A stretch of 64,000 bases of DNA, from positions 33,869 to 97,868 of IMG/VR virus record IMGVR_UViG_3300045988_004573. One strand, 5' to 3'. The stretch is from a virus. Both the position numbers and the translations under genes were made by a program. Below are positions 49,000-58,191 of this stretch, one piece after another. The stretch's first letter is position 1; the number at the start of each line of letters is the position of its first letter. The notes below the pieces were generated by a model, which ran no database searches, had not been told where the DNA came from, and saw only the letters and a list, made by a program, of their open reading frames with translations.

Positions 49000-49645
49000 G
49001 ACATCTGCATCCAGTATTTATAGTTTTACCTTTAACTCCCCTAAAGAACTTATTCCAGTACTCGATAGCCTGTGCATAGTGACCTGTCCTTATACTTAGC
49101 TCTAAAGCCTTGAACCTAAGTAAGGCATCTATGAAGTTCTTGGGTATCTCACACTCATCCTCTACCTCTTTCATATAGTTGACCATAGACCTATAGAAAG
49201 GGTACAGGTTAGCTACTACTCCCATAGTAGTCTGATTATCCATGCCACAAGGTGTATCTGCTGATGGTGTTCCTTTAGTGACCACATATACAAAGAACAG
49301 TGTATCACACAGAGATACTCCTAGTGCTGTACTGTTAAGCTCTAATCTTACTCTCTTTTCACCATCACCTTCTTGACCAGAGAAGCAGACCTCATCATCT
49401 TCCTTAGTCCTTATAGGACCACATCCATTACATTCAGGCAATGAGTAGATAGTCTCATTATCTGTAGCTACCTCATGGTAGAATATAGGCTTAGTGCTTG
49501 GACCATTAGCTACATAAGTGTCTTGAGTATCTATTATGATAGCATCAATATACACACCATTATAGTATTGCAGGTCTTTCACAGAAGCATCTATAATAAG
49601 TTTCTTACCATCAGGAGTTATTCTTAATTCATTAAACTGTACCAT
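48986..49645 (-). CDS. virion-module protein, function unknown (Cys-rich)
   Basis: 219-aa ORF with scattered Cys residues (PECNGCGP, CRCHG). Confidence 0.5.
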   Translation of the reverse strand: MVQFNELRITPDGKKLIIDASVKDLQYYNGVYIDAIIIDTQDTYVANGPSTKPIFYHEVATDNETIYSLPECNGCGPIRTKEDDEVCFSGQEGDGEKRVRLELNSTALGVSLCDTLFFVYVVTKGTPSADTPCGMDNQTTMGVVANLYPFYRSMVNYMKEVEDECEIPKNFIDALLRFKALELSIRTGHYAQAIEYWNKFFRGVKGKTINTGCRCHGWT

Positions 49646-49674
49646 AGCTTATCTATTAAGGGTTGATAATAAAA

Positions 49675-49698
49675 AAGGGGCATATAACTATGCCCCTT
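49675..49698 (-). terminator. intrinsic terminator after the 333-aa gene
   Basis: aaggggcata 49675..49684 pairs with tatgcccctt 49689..49698 (10 bp, loop taac). A T-run follows on the minus strand. Confidence 0.75.
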
Positions 49699-49712
49699 AT
49701 ACTTAAGCCCCT

Positions 49713-50714
49713 TTAAGCTAGGGCAGCTATTTGCTTGTCTGTTGGAAGTAGAGCATTGACAGCAGCAATCAGTGCCTTCATGTCAGTGTGACTACCATCA
49801 TCAACACATACTATTGTGATGTCCTTCTCAGACTTCTGTACACCCTCATTGCTATCAGTGAAAGCATAGTGAATGTCAAGAGTATCATACTTAGCTGTTG
49901 GGTCTACTAGGTAAGTAGTCTTGATAACATTAGGATAACCCATCATTCTGTAGTGGTCTCCTCTAGCACCCATACAGAAGTACTCAAGGTCTGCAATGTT
50001 ATGACCATCCTCTACTTGGTTAGTAGCCTCTTGAGCTTCAACTACACCCCAGATATACTCATCACCATCAACAATCACTGTAGTAGGTTGAACTGTGAAA
50101 GGAATGAATGCTTGTGGCATTGTTCCAAGTTCCCAAGCCTGTACAGCTTCCTCAAAGATGATACCTGTGTAAGTACCTGTAAGGTCAGCCTCCTTAGTCT
50201 TAGGAGCAACCAGTTCCTCATCATCAGCAGTCTTTAGGTAAACTGTTACAAGAGGAGTAGTGTCTCTTGACACATTGTCAGCTATAGAGATAGCCATCTT
50301 CTTGTAGAAGTCTGATGCTGTCATGTTGGCAGTAGCCTTAACATAACCATACTTCTGGTTAGTGTCCTCTTCTCCTAGACCAATGTACTGTCTGAAAGCA
50401 ATCCTTGTGATATACTCCTGACCTGCTACTGGTGTAGCATTTACATTAGCATCCAGAGTCAACAGCACTCTTGTAAGCTTATGAGCCAAGTCCCCAGAAC
50501 CTGTAGCCTTAGCATACATAATCTTATCAACAGCTATCAAGTCACTTCTTACAATGCCAGCAGGAGACATGTACTGGAAGTACATTTGAGTCTTAGCTGT
50601 GTCCCCCTTAGGCAGTATAGAACCTGCTGCATCAGTAGCTAGCAGATTAGCACCTGACTTAAGAGCTTTAGCGACATATAAATGTCTTACTTGATTGATA
50701 CTAAAATTAGCCAT
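49713..50714 (-). CDS. abundant-type virion protein (possibly an auxiliary capsid protein), identity uncertain
   Basis: 333-aa ORF followed by a strong terminator. Its position, four genes after the candidate MCP, is the only argument for the call. Confidence 0.3.
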   Translation of the reverse strand: MANFSINQVRHLYVAKALKSGANLLATDAAGSILPKGDTAKTQMYFQYMSPAGIVRSDLIAVDKIMYAKATGSGDLAHKLTRVLLTLDANVNATPVAGQEYITRIAFRQYIGLGEEDTNQKYGYVKATANMTASDFYKKMAISIADNVSRDTTPLVTVYLKTADDEELVAPKTKEADLTGTYTGIIFEEAVQAWELGTMPQAFIPFTVQPTTVIVDGDEYIWGVVEAQEATNQVEDGHNIADLEYFCMGARGDHYRMMGYPNVIKTTYLVDPTAKYDTLDIHYAFTDSNEGVQKSEKDITIVCVDDGSHTDMKALIAAVNALLPTDKQIAALA

Positions 50715-50743
50715 TTTGATAATTAGTTTAATTAAACAATTTC

Positions 50744-51451
50744 TTATTTGCTACCTGACACTTGAGTCTTACTTATTATAGCTAGTCTGACTGCTCTTTC
50801 AAGTATAGCTCTATGTATGACAGGATTTAATTCACACTCTGTTCTGACCTTTATACCATTAACTGATAACTCACTAAGGTCAACCAGAACTATAGGTTTA
50901 GGTCTTGAGAGGTATCTTACCAGATACTTGTCTATGTTATAATCTGAGATTATCTCAATAACTCCATCACCTATATCAAGTCTGACTGCTCTGCCTTTTG
51001 ATGGACCTCTGAAAGGATTCTTAGCTATCCTGTAGTACTCATCTTGAGTTACTGGAACTATAGTAGCCTCTTCTCCATCTAGACATCCTAGTCTCTCATC
51101 CTTTAATGTAGCTGACTCATAAGTAATGAACCATACATCCTCAGGAAGTTGGAAGAACATTGAAGTCTTTGACAATCCTACATGACCTGTCAGTTTGTCT
51201 GACAGTACTACTGTCTTAACCAAGTCACTTAAGTATCTCCTTATCTCCTCTGTTCTTTCAAAACTCTCTCCAAACTGATTCTTGCCTGTGTATGACTCTA
51301 CTACTATCTCTTCTTGAGCCTTAGTGAGAAACACTGACTTCTCATATTCATCAAGAGTGATGTCCAGCTTGTTCTCATCTCCATAAGGAGGAACAGTACT
51401 ATAGCTGTTCAGCAGAGTGTCAAATTCATTAGAGAACTCTTGTGTTGTCAT
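50744..51451 (-). CDS. virion-module protein, tandem paralog B
   Basis: Shares FSNEFD..EYEKSVFLTKAQEEI and YLSRPKPIVLVDL..ECELNPVIHRAILERAV with the upstream gene. Confidence 0.55.
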   Translation of the reverse strand: MTTQEFSNEFDTLLNSYSTVPPYGDENKLDITLDEYEKSVFLTKAQEEIVVESYTGKNQFGESFERTEEIRRYLSDLVKTVVLSDKLTGHVGLSKTSMFFQLPEDVWFITYESATLKDERLGCLDGEEATIVPVTQDEYYRIAKNPFRGPSKGRAVRLDIGDGVIEIISDYNIDKYLVRYLSRPKPIVLVDLSELSVNGIKVRTECELNPVIHRAILERAVRLAIISKTQVSGSK

Positions 51452-52164
51452 TATTCACTCCTTTGTCCTACTTGTAAAAGACCATTTGCATCTCCAGTAT
51501 AGACTATCTTAGCAAGCTCCACTGCTCTTTGCAGTATCTCCTCATGTATAAGAGGATTAAGTTCACACTCACTTATAGTGCTTACTCCATTGATACTTAC
51601 ATCACCATACTCTGATGCTAGGTCTACTAATACTATTGGTTTAGGTCTTCTGACATATCTGACAGTGTACTTGCTTACTGTTTCACCAGAGTGAGGTATA
51701 ACCTCAACAATTACATTCTCATTGCCAGAACCCTCTGTAACTAATCTCCAAGCCTGATACTTCAAAGGCTCTTTATAGAGCCTGGACATTAACCTAGAGT
51801 ACTCATCAAAGCTAATAGGAACTACCTGCTTTACTCCTGTATTAGTAGTAAGTGTCTCATTTATTATTAAGAACACATCCTCAGGCATCCTATATATCTT
51901 GGCTCTAAGGTCAAAGCCAGCTCCACTTTGTGATGTACAATCTGCAACTGATATAAGTCCAGAGAAGTCTATCTGCCTCTTGGCTGAACCATCAAAACCC
52001 TCCTGATACTTATTACCCTGAGGGTTAAAATAGTTCTTCAATATCTCATCTTGTGCCTTGGTCAATAAGACAGATTTCTCATACTCATTGATACCAGGAG
52101 CAGCATTGGACATAATATTATTATAAAGTATATCGAAACTATTGCTAAATTCAACTACATTCAT
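51451..52164 (-). CDS. virion-module protein, tandem paralog A
   Basis: FSNSFD..EYEKSVLLTKAQDEI and YVRRPKPIVLVDL..ECELNPLIHEEILQRAV. There is a 1-nt overlap with paralog B. Confidence 0.55.
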   Translation of the reverse strand: MNVVEFSNSFDILYNNIMSNAAPGINEYEKSVLLTKAQDEILKNYFNPQGNKYQEGFDGSAKRQIDFSGLISVADCTSQSGAGFDLRAKIYRMPEDVFLIINETLTTNTGVKQVVPISFDEYSRLMSRLYKEPLKYQAWRLVTEGSGNENVIVEVIPHSGETVSKYTVRYVRRPKPIVLVDLASEYGDVSINGVSTISECELNPLIHEEILQRAVELAKIVYTGDANGLLQVGQRSE

Positions 52165-52753
52165 AATATCTAAATTTTATTTTACCAGCAGTCTTTCTTA
52201 GTCCTCTACACACAGCAGATATGTTTCTTTGTTCTATACCTAATACTATAGAAGCTTCTTTGATAGAATTAAACTTTACCCACTTATTACCTATATAAGC
52301 CTCTATCTTCACATAATGAGATTTGACTCTTTTAGCTACCCAGCTCGAAGTTTGACCTCTACCTTTTCTGCTTTTGGACATTTTAGCTTTAGTCTCATCA
52401 GAGTGTTTTAGACCTATATGAGCTTTGGATATTTTATCTCTACAGGAATTACTTAGTTTCACATGGTACCCTAGTCTTCCTTCTCCTCCATCTGTTATAT
52501 TATAACTCAAGTTAAGACTTTTGTAATGAGATATTAGAGATTTCTCAACAGTTTCTGCTTCTTCCTTAGTCAGGTTATCAGCTAATATAGTATGTTCTAT
52601 ATTATCCCATCCATACTTTAGAATAGCATTAAAGAATTTGATACACCCTTTATATCCTTTACCTTTATTCCATCTACTCTGAGGATTCTGACTGGTAATT
52701 CCTATATAAACTTTTCCTGATGGAGAGGTATGTTTATATACTAACCACCTCAT
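52151..52753 (-). CDS. GIY-YIG homing endonuclease (paralog of 46555..47331)
   Basis: WLVYKHTSPSGKVYIGIT, RWNKGKGY, YNITDGGEG, NUMOD3-like HSDETKAKMS, and a C-terminal HTH-like ASIVLGIEQRNISAVC. Overlaps both flanking genes. Confidence 0.85.
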   Translation of the reverse strand: MRWLVYKHTSPSGKVYIGITSQNPQSRWNKGKGYKGCIKFFNAILKYGWDNIEHTILADNLTKEEAETVEKSLISHYKSLNLSYNITDGGEGRLGYHVKLSNSCRDKISKAHIGLKHSDETKAKMSKSRKGRGQTSSWVAKRVKSHYVKIEAYIGNKWVKFNSIKEASIVLGIEQRNISAVCRGLRKTAGKIKFRYYECS

Positions 52754-53733
52754 TCTTTAAGTTTAGCCTGTAGAGAAAAGAGTAGTTCCTGATGCTTAGG
52801 CATGTTCAGATACTTGGCTGCAATGTTAAGAGTAGGCTCTTCATTATCCCCACATAGAGGAGTACCATCAGCCTTTAAGTATAACATACCACCTCTGTTG
52901 CTGATAAGACCACCTTCAATAGCCTTCTTGATAAGAACCTTAGTACTTAATAGAGGGTCAGTTGCTACTCTTACAAAGAGCCTTGCATCAGCTTGAATGA
53001 GCTTACCAACCTTCTCTTGCAGGAACTCAATCTTAGAGTTCTTAGATGTAGGTCTACCATCAATAGTCTCAATGATAGTTCTAAGTATATCTGCATTCTC
53101 CTGTATCTTACCAAACTCCATATAAGCCTGCATAGTTGCATTCATCTTCTTCTTAGAAGCCTGTGACTCCTCATTCTCATGGATGATTACAAACTGATAG
53201 GTAGCTTTAGGGTGGTCCTCAAGGTCTTGAAGGGATGGTGCTATCAGGTCTCTGTTGGCTAAAAGCACCTTATATTTGATATAATCATCTGGGTCAGCTA
53301 GGTTAAGGAAGTTGTCTTGCTTAGTCAGCCTTACCTGATAATTATCCCAGAAATTGTCTACCTTATTATATATTGACAGTGCATTGTACTCAAGTCCCAT
53401 CACCTCCTCTAGGCAAGCCTTCTCAGCATTGGTAAGTACATTTACATACATACCAGATGTAAGTCTAGGAACAGTAAGCCATCTTACTGCACCCTCTGCC
53501 ATACCTCCATATAGGATATGCTTAGGGTCTCTTACTATACCTGTCTCTTTAGGTACATGCTTTACAATGACTCTCTCATTTCTCAAGCAGTTGACTATAG
53601 GTTCATCTACAGCAGCAGGTTGCTTAGCCTGTCTTCTTCTTGGTTGTTTAACTGGTGCCTCAACTACCTCCTGCATAGGAGTCTCATCCATTATAGTATC
53701 ATCATCCAGCATTACTTCTACTTCTTTAGCCAT
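52750..53733 (-). CDS. virion-module protein, function unknown
   Basis: 327-aa ORF with an acidic, Pro-rich N-terminus. Confidence 0.5.
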   Translation of the reverse strand: MAKEVEVMLDDDTIMDETPMQEVVEAPVKQPRRRQAKQPAAVDEPIVNCLRNERVIVKHVPKETGIVRDPKHILYGGMAEGAVRWLTVPRLTSGMYVNVLTNAEKACLEEVMGLEYNALSIYNKVDNFWDNYQVRLTKQDNFLNLADPDDYIKYKVLLANRDLIAPSLQDLEDHPKATYQFVIIHENEESQASKKKMNATMQAYMEFGKIQENADILRTIIETIDGRPTSKNSKIEFLQEKVGKLIQADARLFVRVATDPLLSTKVLIKKAIEGGLISNRGGMLYLKADGTPLCGDNEEPTLNIAAKYLNMPKHQELLFSLQAKLKE

Positions 53734-53766
53734 TACTCTTCTCCTTATAGTTAGTTTATAGAAAGA

Positions 53767-53795
53767 AGGGGGACAAGGGATTACCTCATCCCCCT
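53767..53795 (-). terminator. G/C-rich hairpin after the 503-aa gene
   Basis: aggggga 53767..53773 pairs with tccccct 53789..53795 (7 bp, 15-nt loop). A T-rich tract follows on the minus strand. Confidence 0.45.
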
Positions 53796-53801
53796 AATAC
53801 C

Positions 53802-55313
53802 TTATCCTTGCAGTATTGCAGGAATCAATGACAATGTTCTAGTTGGGTCAAGCACACATACACCAAGTGTTGCCATCTTGTGTATAGTAGCACTATCCTC
53901 ATCATAAGACATATGTGGATTACCCATCTGTCCTGTGAATGGGTTTCTTAGACCCCACTGATAGCTTCTCAGCTCATTATCACCCTTAATCTTACACTTG
54001 AAGATATTAGGTTGGTCCATAGAACCAATGTACCAGATGTCAAATCTGTATGACATTGCCACACCTCCCATTGGGTGAAGAACCTTGTTTCTTACTGGGT
54101 CATCATAGAATGGGTCTACATCAAGTCTTACCCTTACTCCATTAGGAGCTTTGTACTCTACAAATTGGAAACCAGCAGATAGAGCATTGCTGTGGAGCTT
54201 GGATTGAGTCTTCTCAACTACCTTAGTTGAGTTGTTATCCATAACAAATGTAGTCCAACCACTAACTGTTTGAAGAACTGCCTTGTGGAATAGGATAGCA
54301 CCTCTTTCACCTGTCTTGATGACAAATAGTCTGTCATTCATACCAAGCTTAGCAGCACTCAGCTCATATAGAGCATCCTCAAGAAGCTTCAATGAGAAGT
54401 TGTTGTAGTACATTACATTAGCTACCTCAGTCTGCTCAAAGATACCAGCACCAGTCTTGATAACATTACCAGACTTACCGAAGTTCATGTACTCACCATT
54501 GGCATTTCTGTTAGAAGTACCAAAAGCCATTACATTGTTCTTGTACTCAGAGAATTGGCACTCAAGCTCCCAGTCTACATAGTGCATCCACATATTAGCT
54601 GTGTCCTTAACTTGCTTACCATCTACATTCCTTACCATAGGAATACCAAAGGCAAGCTTTCTACCCAGCTTATTACCCCATACCTTGTGGTGGATTCTAA
54701 TAGTAGACCACTCATTTCTCATAGATACGGGAGTGCTGAATCTGATGTCACCAACCTTTCTTGAACCCTCTCTTTCTACAGGAGCATACTCAATAGAGAA
54801 TCTCTCTCCAGCTAGCAGTCTCTCAGCAGGAATACCTTGAGTAAGACCACCCATAGTCTCACACTTATAGACTGCATTTGTACCCTCCATTCTAGCATCA
54901 CCAAGGATTCTAATAGGATATACTTGGTTCAGATTACCTACGATAACCTCACCATCAGCAAACCAATCCTCTGGGAATACCAGATAGAAAGGTGATGTAC
55001 CAATACCTACATTACCACTCTCCTCAGTAACTACTGTACCATTCTCATCTCTTGCCTCAACCAGAGGTATATTCCTTCTTGATGAGCCAATAACATCCCA
55101 GTAGTACTCATCATCAGTCTCAAACTCTCTTACAGGGAATTGATTAAGGAATGTGTCCAGAGTCTTACCTCTATAGAATGCAAGCAACTGAACCATAAGG
55201 TTAGTTGCCTTCTGAGGTTGCAACTGGAAGATTGAGCCAAGGTGATTGTCACTTGTCAGACCCTTCCAGTGCTGGAAGCCTAACATTTGAAATTTACCTA
55301 ATTTACCAGCCAT
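53802..55313 (-). CDS. candidate major capsid protein
   Basis: 503 aa, which as I recall is the size class of crAss-like MCPs. It lies directly downstream of an acidic coiled-coil (scaffold-like) gene, in a unit bounded by a promoter (56555..56585) and a hairpin (53767..53795). No diagnostic motif. Confidence 0.45.
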   Translation of the reverse strand: MAGKLGKFQMLGFQHWKGLTSDNHLGSIFQLQPQKATNLMVQLLAFYRGKTLDTFLNQFPVREFETDDEYYWDVIGSSRRNIPLVEARDENGTVVTEESGNVGIGTSPFYLVFPEDWFADGEVIVGNLNQVYPIRILGDARMEGTNAVYKCETMGGLTQGIPAERLLAGERFSIEYAPVEREGSRKVGDIRFSTPVSMRNEWSTIRIHHKVWGNKLGRKLAFGIPMVRNVDGKQVKDTANMWMHYVDWELECQFSEYKNNVMAFGTSNRNANGEYMNFGKSGNVIKTGAGIFEQTEVANVMYYNNFSLKLLEDALYELSAAKLGMNDRLFVIKTGERGAILFHKAVLQTVSGWTTFVMDNNSTKVVEKTQSKLHSNALSAGFQFVEYKAPNGVRVRLDVDPFYDDPVRNKVLHPMGGVAMSYRFDIWYIGSMDQPNIFKCKIKGDNELRSYQWGLRNPFTGQMGNPHMSYDEDSATIHKMATLGVCVLDPTRTLSLIPAILQG

Positions 55314-55345
55314 AAAAACTTAATTTATTAGTTAATCAATTTATA

Positions 55346-56524
55346 TCATACATCAAGTGACCAGCCTTGTCCTATATAAGACTCTGGGTCCTCTTGAACA
55401 CCACCTACAAATTGGGGATTACCTTTAGGTCTATTGGTATTCCTTAGTGTATGTTCCAACTCTCTGAGGCTGTTCTTGACTTCTTTCTTTACTTTACCTT
55501 TGACAAGCATATCAAGGTTCTTGAAACCATCAGTAAGAGTAAAGATAACTCCCAGCTTCTTTCTGAACTCAACTGGGTTCTCTGTCTCATACTTCTGGAT
55601 AGCTGTCAGATACTCACCATCCTCAGTCTTATAGACTGGCTTGGCAATGTTATCATAAGCCTTTTGCCTTGTTGCCTTATCCATAGTGATACCCTCAAAT
55701 ATCTCCTTATCTTCAAGCATCTGCTTCTTGAGGTCTTGAGCTTCTTTCTTAACTCTCTTCTTCTCATTCTCAGCCTCTTCCTGACCTTCCTTAATAAGGT
55801 CATCATATTGCTGCTTGAAGTAGGACTTGTTACTCTCTAGGGCATCCTTAGCATCCTCTATGTCTGAGCCACTATCAAATGACTTCTTCACTTCTCTAGC
55901 TGCTCTTTCCTTTGAGAAGCCTCTGTTGATAAGGTCTTGGAATATGAGCTGCTTTCTAAGGTTCTCACCTTTATCTGATTCATCCTTGATGGCATCCTCA
56001 GTAATCTTCTCAAGATTACCTAAGACAGCTTCATACTGTCTAATCTCATCAGGCTCTAGTTCAGCATTAAGTGCAGCACTAATTCTCTTCTGTGTCTCAT
56101 CAAGTCTGGCATTAACCTGCTTGTCTATGGCTTCTGCCAAGTCCTCTGGAGACTTAATACCTTTAACAAACTCTTCATCAAGGTCAGGGAGGACACCATC
56201 TTCTACTAAGGCACTGGCAATGGAATAGTAGAAGTTAGAATTGGGAGAAGAACCATTATCCTTATTAGAGTCAGGTGTCTCTCCTTCCTTGTCTTTCTTA
56301 TCTTCTTTATCCTCACTACCTACGCTCTCTGGTTCAAATAAATCATCAGGATTTACTTCTTCCTCAGTAGTTGGTTTATCTTTGTCCTTGTCACCCTCCT
56401 CTGCATCTGGCTTCTCTTCTCCAGTAGCAGGAGGTGTCTCTTGTGTTTCATCACTATCATCAAAGAGGTTCAGTGTATCAATCTCTTCTCCAGATAGTAT
56501 AAAGCTATCATTCAAACCATCCAT
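55346..56524 (-). CDS. acidic coiled-coil protein (scaffold-like)
   Basis: D/E/K-rich N-terminus (EEGDKDKDKPTTEEE..) and long heptad-like stretches. ATG 56524 (MDGLND) preferred over the TTG track start 56557, which lies inside the promoter motif. Confidence 0.4.
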   Translation of the reverse strand: MDGLNDSFILSGEEIDTLNLFDDSDETQETPPATGEEKPDAEEGDKDKDKPTTEEEVNPDDLFEPESVGSEDKEDKKDKEGETPDSNKDNGSSPNSNFYYSIASALVEDGVLPDLDEEFVKGIKSPEDLAEAIDKQVNARLDETQKRISAALNAELEPDEIRQYEAVLGNLEKITEDAIKDESDKGENLRKQLIFQDLINRGFSKERAAREVKKSFDSGSDIEDAKDALESNKSYFKQQYDDLIKEGQEEAENEKKRVKKEAQDLKKQMLEDKEIFEGITMDKATRQKAYDNIAKPVYKTEDGEYLTAIQKYETENPVEFRKKLGVIFTLTDGFKNLDMLVKGKVKKEVKNSLRELEHTLRNTNRPKGNPQFVGGVQEDPESYIGQGWSLDV

Positions 56525-56554
56525 ATTTTCTTCTCCTTTGGTTATTAAACTATG

Positions 56555-56585
56555 CAAAGGTATTAACTATTCCGCAAGTAGGCAA
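56555..56585 (-). promoter_or_regulatory. Bacteroides-type promoter TTG-N20-TACCTTTG
   Basis: On the minus strand: TTG (56585..56583), a 20-nt spacer, TACCTTTG (56562..56555). ATG 56524 is 30 nt downstream. Confidence 0.55.
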
Positions 56586-56648
56586 GTATCTAATACAGAT
56601 AGTTGTTAAACTATAAATGAAATCCTTATTTACTGGTACAAAAAGAGA

Positions 56649-56670
56649 GGTGTAGTATCACTACTACACC
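56649..56670 (-). terminator. intrinsic terminator after the 95-aa gene
   Basis: ggtgtagta 56649..56657 pairs with tactacacc 56662..56670 (9 bp, loop tcac). ctcttttt follows on the minus strand. Confidence 0.6.
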
Positions 56671-56682
56671 CCTCCGAGCTTA

Positions 56683-56970
56683 TTATGCTTCCCTAAAGTA
56701 CTTATATACTTTACTGCCACCACTCTTGTAGTCATCATCCTTAAACCAGAAGTTGATTGCAGACTCAACTACTTTAGTGTCAATGTTATCACCAAACCAT
56801 GCCTTAAGTAGCTCACAGTAGTCATGGTACTGTGCATTAAGTGCTACATAAACATCGGCATAAGTTGCACTTTGTGGTATGATACCCCTATATCTCTCAG
56901 CTACTTCCTTAGCTTTAGACATATCATACTTCTCACCTACAAACTTTCTTACCACCACCTTTACAACCAC
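56683..56970 (-). CDS. hypothetical protein (start uncertain: GTG 56970 or ATG 56922)
   Basis: 95-aa ORF from a GTG start. An internal ATG gives MSKAKEVAERY.. (79 aa). Confidence 0.45.
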   Translation of the reverse strand: MVVKVVVRKFVGEKYDMSKAKEVAERYRGIIPQSATYADVYVALNAQYHDYCELLKAWFGDNIDTKVVESAINFWFKDDDYKSGGSKVYKYFREA

Positions 56971-57006
56971 AAGCCATAATCTTAAGTTTTATAAGTTAAA
57001 CAATAA

Positions 57007-57555
57007 TTACGTCGATGGTAGAGTAGGTACCTCCATACTATCAAACTCATCCTTTGTGATTGGCTCTAGTGCCTTGCTAAGGTCTACCTCTATACCTAAT
57101 AGCTTCATAGTATTCTGTAAGTCATCAAGGGTATTAAGCTTGATAAACTTACTACCATCCTCAGAAGCAGCTAGGTCAGCCTTCTGTATTCTGATAGCCT
57201 TAACCTTACTATATCTGTTAGTACCTTCTCCATTAGTATATTTGATAATGTCAAATGGAGCATAGATATTACTAAATAGTAAGAAGTTCACTAAAGATGA
57301 GCTAATGAGTGGACCAATATACTCTCCAAGAGACAATAGAGATACCTTTTGTCCATTAGTTAAGTCAGTTGTCCAAGACTTAACTCTACAATATATGTAG
57401 TCATCTGGAATAAGTTCTTCTAGAGAACCATCGCTCCCTCTCTCTCTAATGCTCTTAACCTTACCAGTTGAGTTATCTCTTACTAGTAGTATCTCATTCT
57501 TGTCAACCTCATTAGGGTCTCCCTCTACTACTCTAAAGTTAAGTACTCTCTTCAT
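57007..57555 (-). CDS. hypothetical protein
   Basis: 182-aa ORF downstream of the membrane-protein cassette. No motif recognised. Confidence 0.5.
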   Translation of the reverse strand: MKRVLNFRVVEGDPNEVDKNEILLVRDNSTGKVKSIRERGSDGSLEELIPDDYIYCRVKSWTTDLTNGQKVSLLSLGEYIGPLISSSLVNFLLFSNIYAPFDIIKYTNGEGTNRYSKVKAIRIQKADLAASEDGSKFIKLNTLDDLQNTMKLLGIEVDLSKALEPITKDEFDSMEVPTLPST

Positions 57556-57883
57556 TTGTAGTCTTTATCAAATTAAAACTAGTTTGTCTGAGTTTACAGG
57601 TAAGGTCTTTACAAGTGAGTAACATAAGCTCCGATACCTGCTTTCTCAACTCTTTTATCTCATCCTCTAATTCATCATTCCTCTTAATCATCTCATCAAG
57701 CCTCTCCTTATTATCATCAGAGAGCTGCTTGTAGAACTCTAGTGATTCTTTCATATTGTGAATGACAGTCTGGTCTACTTCACTATTATACTTCTTCCTT
57801 GTGAAGAACCATGAAGTCCAACCTGAGGCAAAGGTAGTTACTATACCTATTAGTGCTGTTATAAGTACCCCAGTATCAATCAT
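57539..57883 (-). CDS. type II membrane protein with a coiled coil (holin/antiholin or i-spanin-like)
   Basis: N-terminal TM helix (GVLITALIGIVTTFASGWTSWFF), then a charged coiled-coil-like segment (NKERLDEMIKRNDELEDEIKELRKQV). Confidence 0.45.
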   Translation of the reverse strand: MIDTGVLITALIGIVTTFASGWTSWFFTRKKYNSEVDQTVIHNMKESLEFYKQLSDDNKERLDEMIKRNDELEDEIKELRKQVSELMLLTCKDLTCKLRQTSFNLIKTTNEEST

Positions 57884-57891
57884 AGCTGCTT

Positions 57892-58191
57892 TTAATTAGA
57901 TAGTGTGTAGAATAGCACACCTAGAGCTGTAGCTATAAATACAGGAACTGCTCCTAGTACACTTGCCAGAATATCCATCCAGCTAAACTCATCATCAATC
58001 ACTGCCTCTTTGAACCATGAAAACATGGCTACTGGAATAAGCCCTATGAAGGGGAATGCTATAGTAGTAGCATCAATAACACCTTCTTGAAGAGTGGCAA
58101 CTATGGTAAACAGTGCTACTATAAACCCTCCAATAGAGAAGTGTAGTATCTTGTCTACCCCAATCTTTGTAATTAGTTCATTAAATGTCAT
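57892..58191 (-). CDS. small protein with three predicted TM helices (holin-like)
   Basis: Hydrophobic segments ILHFSIGGFIVALFTIVATL, TIAFPFIGLIPVAMFSWF and ILASVLGAVPVFIATALGVLFYTL. ATGA overlap with the upstream lipoprotein gene. Confidence 0.45.
   Translation of the reverse strand: MTFNELITKIGVDKILHFSIGGFIVALFTIVATLQEGVIDATTIAFPFIGLIPVAMFSWFKEAVIDDEFSWMDILASVLGAVPVFIATALGVLFYTLSN

Noticed and set aside
53354-56609. Long antisense ORFs (for example 53354..53761, 55451..55840, 55827..56228, 56241..56609). Similar ones elsewhere include 819..1226, 4758..5360, 18941..19417, 32861..33178 and 41082..41408.
   Set aside because: Each lies fully inside a longer opposite-strand ORF that has recognisable motifs or fits the operon structure. 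Their translations are Ser/Leu/Pro-rich and low in complexity, as expected for the complement of Glu/Lys/Asp-rich coding sequence.
56933-56977. A tiny Cys/Gly-rich ORF (MACGCKGGGKKVCR) upstream of the 95-aa gene.
   Set aside because: It has only 14 codons and overlaps the alternative GTG-initiated N-terminus of ORF 56683..56970. There is no promoter or other support.
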